Source: Eledone cirrhosa
Taxonomy: Eukaryota
Assembly: GCA_964016885.1 (NCBI GenBank)
Contig: OZ024752.1
Coordinates: forward strand, 29,946,001-30,010,000
DNA length: 64,000 bases
Direction: 5' to 3'
In this document: one piece after another, positions 45,001 through 57,000 of the stretch
Position numbering within the stretch: position 1 is the first letter of the stretch
Layout: every line of letters starts with the position of its first letter
Position numbers and translations under genes: made by a program
Notes under the pieces: generated by a model
What the model was told of the DNA's origin: nothing
What the model saw: only the letters and a program-made list of their open reading frames with translations
The model's database searches: none

Positions 45001-48000
45001 ATGTGGGATGTGTGGCCACTGTAATAGATTGCCAGAGATGGTAATATTGTAGATGTGGGATGTGTGGTCACTGTAATACATTGCCAGAGATGGTAATGTT
45101 GTAGATGTGGGATGTGTGGTCACTGTAATAGATTGCCAGAGATGGTAATATTGTAGATGTGGGATGTGTGGTCACTGTAATAGATTGCCAGAGATGGTAA
45201 TATTGTAGATGTGGGATGTGTGGTCACTGTAATAGATTGCCAGAGATGGTAATGTTGTAGATGTGGGATGTGTGGTCACTGTAATAGATTGCCAGAGATG
45301 GTAATATTGTAGATGTGGGATGTGTGGTCACCGTAATAGATTGTCAGAGATGGTAATATTGTAGATGTGGGATGTGTGGTCACCGTAAAAGATTGGCAGA
45401 GATGGTAATGTTGTAGATGTGGGATGTGTGGTCACTGTAATAGATTGGCAGAGATGGTAATATTGTAGATGTGGGATGTGTGGTCACAGTAATAGTTTGC
45501 CAGAGATGGTAATATGTAGATGTGGGATGTGTGGTCACTGTAATAGATTGGCAGAGATGGTAATGTTGTAGATGTGGGATGTGTGGTCACTGTAATAGGT
45601 TGCCAGAGTTGGTAATATTGTAGATGTGGGATGTGTGGTCACTGTAATAGATTGCCAGAGATGTTAATATTGTAGATGTGGGATGTGTGGTCACTGTAAT
45701 AGATTGCCAGAGATGGTAATATTGTAGAGGTGGGATGTGTGGTCACTGTAATAGATTGGCAGAGATGGTAATATTGTAGATGTGGGATGTGAGGTCACTG
45801 TAATAGATTGCCAGAGATGGTAATATTGTAGATGTGGGATGTGTGGTCACTTTAATAGGTTGCCAGAGATGGTAATATTGTAGATGTGGGAGGTGTGGTC
45901 ACTGTAATAGATTGGCACAGATGGTAATATTGTAGATGTGGGAGGTGTGGTCACTGTAATAGATTGGCAGAGATGGTAATATTGTCGATGTGGGACGTGA
46001 GGTCACCGTAATAGATTGGCAGAGATGGTAATGTTGTAGATGTGGGATGTGTGGTCACCGTAATAGATTGCCAGAGATGGTAATATTGTAGATGTGGGAT
46101 GTGTTGTCACTGTAATAGGTTGCCAGAGATGGTAATATTGTAGATGTGGGATGTGTGGTCACTGTAATAGGTTGCCAGAGATGGTAATATTGTAGATGTG
46201 GGATGTGTGGTCACCGTAATAGATTGCCAGAGATGGTAATATTGTAGATGTGGGATGTGTTGTCACTGTAATAGGTTGCCAGAGATGGTAATATTGTAGA
46301 TGTGGGATGTGTGGTCACTGTAATAGGTTGCCAGAGATGGTAATATTGTAGATGTGGGATGTGTGGTCACCGTAATAGATTGCCATAGATGGTAATATTG
46401 TAGATGTGGGATGTGTGGTCACTGTAATAGATTGGCAGAGATGGTAATGTTGTAGATGTGGGATGTGTGGTCACTTTAATAGGTTGCCAGAGATGGTAAT
46501 ATTGTAGATGTGGGATGTGTGGTCACCGTAATAGTTTGCCAGAGATGGTAATATTGTAGATGTGGGATGTGTGGTCACTGTAATAGATTGCCAGAGATGG
46601 TAATATTGTAGATGTGGGATGTGTGGTCACTTTAATAGGTTGCCAGAGATGGTAATATTGTAGATGTGGGATGTGTGGTCGCTGTAATAGATTGGCAGAG
46701 ATGGTAATATTGTAGATGTGGGATGTGAGGTCTCTGTAATAGATTGGCAGAGATGGTAATGTTGTAGATGTGGGATGTGTGGTCACTGTAATAGATTGCG
46801 AGAGATGGTAATATTGTAGATGTGGGATGTGTGGTCACCGTAATAGATTGTCAGAGATGGTAATGTTGTAGATGTGGGATGTGTGGTCACTGTAATAGAT
46901 TGCCAGAGATGGTACTATTGTAGATGTGGGATGTGTGGTCACTTTAATAGGTTGCCAGAGATGGTAATATTGTAGATGTGGGATGTGTGGTCACTGTAAT
47001 AGGTTGCCAGAGATGGTAATATTGTAGATGTGGGATGTGTGGTCACTGTAATAGATTGCCAGAGATGGTAATATTCTAGATGTGGGATGTGTGGTCACTG
47101 TAATAGATTGGCAGAGATGGTAATGTTGTAGATGTGGGATGTGTGGTCACTTTAATAGGTTGCCAGAGATGGTAATATTGTAGATGTGGGATGTGTGGTC
47201 ACCGTAATAGTTTGCCAGAGATGGTAATATTGTAGATGTGGGATGTGTGGTCACTGTAATAGATTGGCAGAGATGGTAATATTGTAGATGTGGGATGTGT
47301 GGTCACTGTAATAGATTGCCAGAGATGGTAATATTGTAGAGGTGGGATGTGTGGTCACTGTAATAGATTGGCAGAGATGGTAATATTGTAGATGTGGGAT
47401 GTGAGGTCACTGTAATAGATTGGCAGAGATGGTAATGTTGTAGATGTGGGATGTGTGGTCACCGTAATAGATTGCCAGAGATGGTAATATTGTAGATGTG
47501 GGATGTGTTGTCACTGTAATAGGTTGCCAGAGATGGTAATATTGTAGATGTGGGATGTGTGGTCACTGTAATAGGTTGCCAGAGATGGTAATATTGTAGA
47601 TGTGGGATGTGTGGTCACCGTAATAGATTGCCAGAGATGGTAATATTGTAGATGTGGGATGTGTGGTCACTGTAATAGATTGGCAGAGATGGTAATGTTG
47701 TAGATGTGGGATGTGTGGTCACTTTAATAGGTTGCCAGAGATGGTAATATTGTAGATGTGGGATGTGTGGTCACCGTAATAGTTTGCCAGAGATGGTAAT
47801 ATTGTAGATGTGGGATGTGTGCTCACTGTAATAGATTGCCAGAGATGGTAATATTGTAGATGTGGGATGTGTGGTCACTTTAATAGGTTGCCAGAGATGG
47901 TAATATTGTAGATGTGGGATGTGTGGTCGCTGTAATAGATTGGCAGAGATGGTAATATTGTAGATGTGGGATGTGAGGTCTCTGTAATAGATTGGCAGAG

Positions 48001-51000
48001 ATGGTAATGTTGTAGATGTGGGATGTGTGGTCACTGTAATAGATTGCGAGAGATGGTAATATTGTAGATGTGGGATGTGTGGTCACCGTAATAGATTGTC
48101 AGAGATGGTAATGTTGTAGATGTGGGATGTGTGGTCACTGTAATAGATTGCCAGAGATGGTACTATTGTAGATGTGGGATGTGTGGTCACTTTAATAGGT
48201 TGCCAGAGATGGTAATATTGTAGATGTGGGATGTGTGGTCACTGTAATAGGTTGCCAGAGATGGTAATATTGTAGATGTGGGATGTGTGGTCACTGTAAT
48301 AGATTGCCAGAGATGGTAATATTGTAGATGTGGGATGTGTGGTCACTGTAATAGATTGGCAGAGATGGTAATGTTGTAGATGTGGGATGTGTGGTCACTT
48401 TAATAGGTTGCCAGAGATGGTAATATTGTAGATGTGGGATGTGTGGTCACCGTAATAGTTTGCCAGAGATGGTAATATTGTAGATGTGGGATGTGTGGTC
48501 ACTGTAATAGATTGGCAGAGATGGTAATATTGTAGATGTGGGATGTGTGGTCACTGTAATAGATTGCCAGAGATGGTAATATTGTAGAGGTGGGATGTGT
48601 GGTCACTGTAATAGATTGGCAGAGATGGTAATATTGTAGATGTGGGATGTGAGGTCACTGTAATAGATTGGCAGAGATGGTAATGTTGTAGATGTGGGAT
48701 GTGTGGTCACCGTAATAGATTGCCAGAGATGGTAATATTGTAGATGTGGGATGTGTTGTCACTGTAATAGGTTGCCAGAGATGGTAATATTGTAGATGTG
48801 GGATGTGTGGTCACTGTAATAGGTTGCCAGAGATGGTAATATTGTAGATGTGGGATGTGTGGTCACCGTAATAGATTGCCAGAGATGGTAATATTGTAGA
48901 TGTGGGATGTGTGGTCACTGTAATAGATTGGCAGAGATGGTAATGTTGTAGATGTGGGATGTGTGGTCACTTTAATAGGTTGCCAGAGATGGTAATATTG
49001 TAGATGTGGGATGTGTGGTCACCGTAATAGTTTGCCAGAGATGGTAATATTGTAGATGTGGGATGTGTGCTCACTGTAATAGATTGCCAGAGATGGTAAT
49101 ATTGTAGATGTGGGATGTGTGGTCACTTTAATAGGTTGCCAGAGATGGTAATATTGTAGATGTGGGATGTGTGGTCGCTGTAATAGATTGGCAGAGATGG
49201 TAATATTGTAGATGTGGGATGTGAGGTCTCTGTAATAGATTGGCAGAGATGGTAATGTTGTAGATGTGGGATGTGTGGTCACTGTAATAGATTGCCAGAG
49301 ATGGTAATATTGTAGATGTGGGATGTGTGGTCACCGTAATAGATTGTCAGAGATGGTAATGTTGTAGATGTGGGATGTGTGGTCACTGTAATAGATTGCC
49401 AGAGATGGTACTATTGTAGATGTGGGATGTGTGGTCACTTTAATAGGTTGCCAGAGATGGTAATATTGTAGATGTGGGATGTGTGGTCACCGTAATAGGT
49501 TGCCAGAGATGGTAATATTGTAGATGTGGGATGTGTGGTCACTGTAATAGGTTGCCAGAGATGGTAATATTGTAGATGTGGGATGTGTGGCCACTGTAAT
49601 AGATTGGCAGAGATGGTAATGTTGTAGATGTGGGATGTGTGGTCACTGTAATAGATTGGCAGAGATGGTAATGTTGTAGATGTGTGATGTGTGGTCACTG
49701 TAATAGATTGGCAGAGATGGTAATGTTGTAGATGTGGGATGTGTGGTCACTTTAATAGGTTGCCAGAGATGGTAATATTGTAGATGTGGGATGTGTGGTC
49801 ACTGTAACAGGATGCCAGAGATGGTAATGTTGTAGATGTGGGATGTGTGGTCACTGTAATAGATTGGCAGAGATGGTAATGTTGTAGATGTGGGATGTGT
49901 GGTCACTTTAATAGGTTGCCAGACATGGTAATATTGTAGATGTGGGATGTGTGTTCACTGTAATAGGTTGCCAGAGATGGTAATATTGTAGATGTGGGAT
50001 GTGTTGTCACCGTAATAGATTGCCAGAGATGGTAATATTGTAGATGTGGCATGTGTGGTCACTGTAATAGATTGGCAGAGATGGTAATGTTGTAGATGTG
50101 GGATGTGTGGTCACTGTAATAGATTGGCAGAGATGGTAATGTTGTAGATGTGGGATGTGTGGTCACTTTAATAGGTTGCCAGAGATGGTAATGTTGTAGA
50201 TGTGGGATGTGTGGTCACTGTAATAGATTGGCAGAGATGGTAATGTTGTAGATGTGGGATGTGTGGTCACTGTAATAGATTGGCAGAGATGGTAATGTTG
50301 TAGATGTGGGATGTGTGGTCACTTTAATAGGTTGCCAGAGATGGTAATATTGTAGATGTGGGATGTGTGGTCACTGTAACAGGTTGCCAGAGATGGTAAT
50401 GTTGTAGATGTGGGATGTGTGGTCACTGTAATAGATTGGCAGAGATGGTAATGTTGTAGATGTGGGATGTGTGGTCACTTTAATAGGTTGCCAGACATGG
50501 TAATATTGTAGATGTGGGATGTGTGGTCACTGTAATAGGTTGCCAGAGATGGTAATATTGTAGATGTGGGATGTGTTGTCACCGTAATAGATTGCCAGAG
50601 ATGGTAATATTGTAGATGTGGCATGTGTGGTCACTGTAATAGATTGGCAGAGATGGTAATGTTGTAGATGTGGGATGTGTGGTCACTGTAATAGATTGGC
50701 AGAGATGGTAATGTTGTAGATGTGGGATGTGTGGTCACTTTAATAGGTTGCCAGAGATGGTAATATTGTAGATGTGGGATGTGTGGTCACTGTAATAGGT
50801 TGCCAGAGATGGTAATATTGTAGATGTGGGATGTGTGGTCACCGTAATAGATTGCCAGAGATGGTAATATTGTAGATGTGGGATGTGTGGTCACTGTAAT
50901 AGATTGGCAGAGATGGTAATATTGTAGATGTGGGATGTGTGGTCACTGTAATAGATTGGCAGAGATGGTAATATTGCAGATGAGGGATGTGTGGTCACTG

Positions 51001-54000
51001 TAATAGATTGCCAGAGATGGTAATGTTGTAGATGTGGGATGTGTGGTCACTGTAATAGATTGCCAGAGATGGTAATATTGTAGATGTGGGATGTGTGGTC
51101 ACTGTAATAGATTGGCAGAGATGGTAATATTGTAGATGTGGGATGTGTGGTCACTGTAATAGATTGGCAGAGATGGTAATGTTGTAGATGTAGGATGTGA
51201 GGTCACTGTAATAGGTTGCCAGAGATGGTAATATTGTAGATGTGGGATGTGAGGTCACTGTAATAGATTGGCAGAGATGGTAATATTGTAGATGTGGGAT
51301 GTGTGGTCACTGTAATAGATTGCCAGAGATGGTAATGTTGTAGATGTGGGATGTGAGGTCACTGTAACAGGTTGCCAGAGATGGTAATATTGTAGATGTG
51401 GGATGTGAGGTCACTGTAATAGATTGGCAGAGATGGTAATATTGTAGATGTGGGATGTGTGATCACTGTAATAGATTGGCAGAGATGGTAATGTTGTAGA
51501 TGTAGGATGTGTGGTCACTGTAATAGATTGCCAGAGATGGTAATATTGTAGATGTGGGATGTGTGGTCACTGTAATAGATTGCCAGAGATGGTAATATTG
51601 TAGATGTGGGATGTGTGGTCACTGTAATAGATTGCCAGAGATGGTAATGTTGTAGATGTGGGATGTTTAGCCACTGTAATAGATTGGCAGAGATGGTATT
51701 ATTGTAGATGTGGGATGTGTGGTCACTGTAATAGATTGGCAGAGATGGTAATGTTGTAGATGTGGTATGTTTGGTCACTGTAATAGATTGGCAGAGATGG
51801 TAATGTTGTAGATGTGGGATGTGTGGTCACTGTAATAGATTGCTAGAGATGGTAATATTGTAGATGTGGGATGTGTGGCCACTGTAATAGATTGCCAGAG
51901 ATGGTAATATTGTAGATGTGGGATGTATGGTCACTGTAATAGATTGCTAGAGATGGTAATATTGTAGATGTGGGATGCGTGGCCACTGTAATAGATTGCC
52001 AGAGATGGTAATATTGTAGATGTGGGATGTGAGGTCACTGTAATAGATTGGCAGAGATGGTAATATTGTAGATGTGGGATGTGTGATCACTGTAATAGAT
52101 TGGCAGAGATGGTAATGTTGTAGATATAGGATGTGTGGTCACTGTAATAGATTGCCAGAGATGGTAATATTGTAGATGTGGGATGTGTGGTCACTGTAAT
52201 AGATTGCCAGAGATGGTAATGTTGTAGATGTGGGATGTTTAGCCACTGTAATAGATTGGCAGAGATGGTATTATTGTAGATGTGGGATGTGTGGTCACTG
52301 TAATAGATTGGCAGAGATGGTAATGTTGTAGATGTGGGATGTGTGGTCACTGTAATAGATTGCCAGAGATGGTACTATTGTAGATGTGGGATGTGTGGTC
52401 ACCGTAATAGTTTGCCAGAGATGGTAATATTGTAGATGTGGGATGTGTGCTCACTGTAATAGATTGCCAGAGATGGTAATATTGTAGATGTGGGATGTGT
52501 GGTCACTTTAATAGGTTGCCAGAGATGGTAATATTGTAGATGTGGGATGTGTGGTCGCTGTAATAGATTGGCAGAGATGGTAATATTGTAGATGTGGGAT
52601 GTGAGGTCTCTGTAATAGATTGGCAGAGATGGTAATGTTGTAGATGTGGGATGTGTGGTCACTGTAATAGATTGCCAGAGATGGTAATATTGTAGATGTG
52701 GGATGTGTGGTCACCGTAATAGATTGTCAGAGATGGTAATGTTGTAGATGTGGGATGTGTGGTCACTGTAATAGATTGCCAGAGATGGTACTATTGTAGA
52801 TGTGGGATGTGTGGTCACTTTAATAGGTTGCCAGAGATGGTAATATTGTAGATGTGGGATGTGTGGTCACCGTAATAGGTTGCCAGAGATGGTAATATTG
52901 TAGATGTGGGATGTGTGGTCACTGTAATAGGTTGCCAGAGATGGTAATATTGTAGATGTGGGATGTGTGGCCACTGTAATAGATTGGCAGAGATGGTAAT
53001 GTTGTAGATGTGGGATGTGTGGTCACTGTAATAGATTGGCAGAGATGGTAATGTTGTAGATGTGTGATGTGTGGTCACTGTAATAGATTGGCAGAGATGG
53101 TAATGTTGTAGATGTGGGATGTGTGGTCACTTTAATAGGTTGCCAGAGATGGTAATATTGTAGATGTGGGATGTGTGGTCACTGTAACAGGATGCCAGAG
53201 ATGGTAATGTTGTAGATGTGGGATGTGTGGTCACTGTAATAGATTGGCAGAGATGGTAATGTTGTAGATGTGGGATGTGTGGTCACTTTAATAGGTTGCC
53301 AGACATGGTAATATTGTAGATGTGGGATGTGTGTTCACTGTAATAGGTTGCCAGAGATGGTAATATTGTAGATGTGGGATGTGTTGTCACCGTAATAGAT
53401 TGCCAGAGATGGTAATATTGTAGATGTGGCATGTGTGGTCACTGTAATAGATTGGCAGAGATGGTAATGTTGTAGATGTGGGATGTGTGGTCACTGTAAT
53501 AGATTGGCAGAGATGGTAATGTTGTAGATGTGGGATGTGTGGTCACTTTAATAGGTTGCCAGAGATGGTAATGTTGTAGATGTGGGATGTGTGGTCACTG
53601 TAATAGATTGGCAGAGATGGTAATGTTGTAGATGTGGGATGTGTGGTCACTGTAATAGATTGGCAGAGATGGTAATGTTGTAGATGTGGGATGTGTGGTC
53701 ACTTTAATAGGTTGCCAGAGATGGTAATATTGTAGATGTGGGATGTGTGGTCACTGTAACAGGTTGCCAGAGATGGTAATGTTGTAGATGTGGGATGTGT
53801 GGTCACTGTAATAGATTGGCAGAGATGGTAATGTTGTAGATGTGGGATGTGTGGTCACTTTAATAGGTTGCCAGACATGGTAATATTGTAGATGTGGGAT
53901 GTGTGGTCACTGTAATAGGTTGCCAGAGATGGTAATATTGTAGATGTGGGATGTGTTGTCACCGTAATAGATTGCCAGAGATGGTAATATTGTAGATGTG

Positions 54001-57000
54001 GCATGTGTGGTCACTGTAATAGATTGGCAGAGATGGTAATGTTGTAGATGTGGGATGTGTGGTCACTGTAATAGATTGGCAGAGATGGTAATGTTGTAGA
54101 TGTGGGATGTGTGGTCACTTTAATAGGTTGCCAGAGATGGTAATATTGTAGATGTGGGATGTGTGGTCACTGTAATAGGTTGCCAGAGATGGTAATATTG
54201 TAGATGTGGGATGTGTGGTCACCGTAATAGATTGCCAGAGATGGTAATATTGTAGATGTGGGATGTGTGGTCACTGTAATAGATTGGCAGAGATGGTAAT
54301 ATTGTAGATGTGGGATGTGTGGTCACTGTAATAGATTGGCAGAGATGGTAATATTGCAGATGAGGGATGTGTGGTCACTGTAATAGATTGCCAGAGATGG
54401 TAATGTTGTAGATGTGGGATGTGTGGTCACTGTAATAGATTGCCAGAGATGGTAATATTGTAGATGTGGGATGTGTGGTCACTGTAATAGATTGGCAGAG
54501 ATGGTAATATTGTAGATGTGGGATGTGTGGTCACTGTAATAGATTGGCAGAGATGGTAATGTTGTAGATGTAGGATGTGAGGTCACTGTAATAGGTTGCC
54601 AGAGATGGTAATATTGTAGATGTGGGATGTGAGGTCACTGTAATAGATTGGCAGAGATGGTAATATTGTAGATGTGGGATGTGTGGTCACTGTAATAGAT
54701 TGCCAGAGATGGTAATGTTGTAGATGTGGGATGTGAGGTCACTGTAATAGGTTGCCAGAGATGGTAATATTGTAGATGTGGGATGTGAGGTCACTGTAAT
54801 AGATTGGCAGAGATGGTAATATTGTAGATGTGGGATGTGTGATCACTGTAATAGATTGGCAGAGATGGTAATGTTGTAGATGTAGGATGTGTGGTCACTG
54901 TAATAGATTGCCAGAGATGGTAATATTGTAGATGTGGGATGTGTGGTCACTGTAATAGATTGCCAGAGATGGTAATATTGTAGATGTGGGATGTGTGGTC
55001 ACTGTAATAGATTGCCAGAGATGGTAATGTTGTAGATGTGGGATGTTTAGCCACTGTAATAGATTGGCAGAGATGGTATTATTGTAGATGTGGGATGTGT
55101 GGTCACTGTAATAGATTGGCAGAGATGGTAATGTTGTAGATGTGGTATGTTTGGTCACTGTAATAGATTGGCAGAGATGGTAATGTTGTAGATGTGGGAT
55201 GTGTGGTCACTGTAATAGATTGCTAGAGATGGTAATATTGTAGATGTGGGATGTGTGGCCACTGTAATAGATTGCCAGAGATGGTAATATTGTAGATGTG
55301 GGATGTATGGTCACTGTAATAGATTGCTAGAGATGGTAATATTGTAGATGTGGGATGCGTGGCCACTGTAATAGATTGCCAGAGATGGTAATATTGTAGA
55401 TGTGGGATGTGAGGTCACTGTAATAGATTGGCAGAGATGGTAATATTGTAGATGTGGGATGTGTGATCACTGTAATAGATTGGCAGAGATGGTAATGTTG
55501 TAGATATAGGATGTGTGGTCACTGTAATAGATTGCCAGAGATGGTAATATTGTAGATGTGGGATGTGTGGTCACTGTAATAGATTGCCAGAGATGGTAAT
55601 ATTGTAGATGTGGGATGTGTGGTCACTGTAATAGATTGCCAGAGATGGTAATGTTGTAGATGTGGGATGTTTAGCCACTGTAATAGATTGGCAGAGATGG
55701 TATTATTGTAGATGTGGGATGTGTGGTCACTGTAATAGATTGGCAGAGATGGTAATGTTGTAGATGTGGGATGTGTGGTCACTGTAATAGATTGCCAGAG
55801 ATGGTACTATTGTAGATGTGGGATGTGTGGTCACTTTAATAGGTTGCCAGAGATGGTAATATTGTAGATGTGGGATGTGTGGTCACCGTAATAGGTTGCC
55901 AGAGATGGTAATATTGTAGATGTGGGATGTGTGGTCACTGTAATAGGTTGCCAGAGATGGTAATATTGTAGATGTGGGATGTGTGGCCACTGTAATAGAT
56001 TGGCAGAGATGGTAATGTTGTAGATGTGGGATGTGTGGTCACTGTAATAGATTGGCAGAGATGGTAATGTTGTAGATGTGGGATGTGTGGTCACTGTAAT
56101 AGATTGGCAGAGATGGTAATGTTGTAGATGTGGGATGTGTGGTCACTTTAATAGGTTGCCAGAGATGGTAATATTGTAGATGTGGGATGTGTGGTCACTG
56201 TAACAGGATGCCAGAGATGGTAATGTTGTAGATGTGGGATGTGTGGTCACTGTAATAGATTGGCAGAGATGGTAATGTTGTAGATGTGGGTTGTGTGGTC
56301 ACTTTAATAGGTTGCCAGACATGGTAATATTGTCGATGTGGGATGTGTGTTCACTGTAATAGGTTGCCAGAGATGGTAATATTGTAGATGTGGGATGTGT
56401 TGTCACCGTAATAGATTGCCAGAGATGGTAATATTGTAGATGTGGCATGTGTGGTCACTGTAATAGATTGGCAGAGATGGTAATGTTGTAGATGTGGGAT
56501 GTGTGGTCACTGTAATAGATTGGCAGAGATGGTAATGTTGTAGATGTGGGATGTGTGGTCACTTTAATAGGTTGCCAGAGATGGTAATGTTGTAGATGTG
56601 GGATGTGTGGTCACTGTAATAGATTGGCAGAGATGGTAATGTTGTAGATGTGGGATGTGTGGTCACTGTAATAGATTGGCAGAGATGGTAATGTTGTAGA
56701 TGTGGGATGTGTGGTCACTTTAATAGGTTGCCAGAGATGGTAATATTGTAGATGTGGGATGAGTGGTCACTGTAACAGGTTGCCAGAGATGGTAATGTTG
56801 TAGATGTGGGATGTGTGGTCACTGTAATAGATTGGCAGAGATGGTAATGTTGTAGATGTGGGATGTGTGGTCACTTTAATAGGTTGCCAGACATGGTAAT
56901 ATTGTAGATGTGGGATGTGTGGTCACTGTAATAGGTTGCCAGAGATGGTAATATTGTAGATGTGGGATGTGTTGTCACCGTAATAGATTGCCAGAGATGG

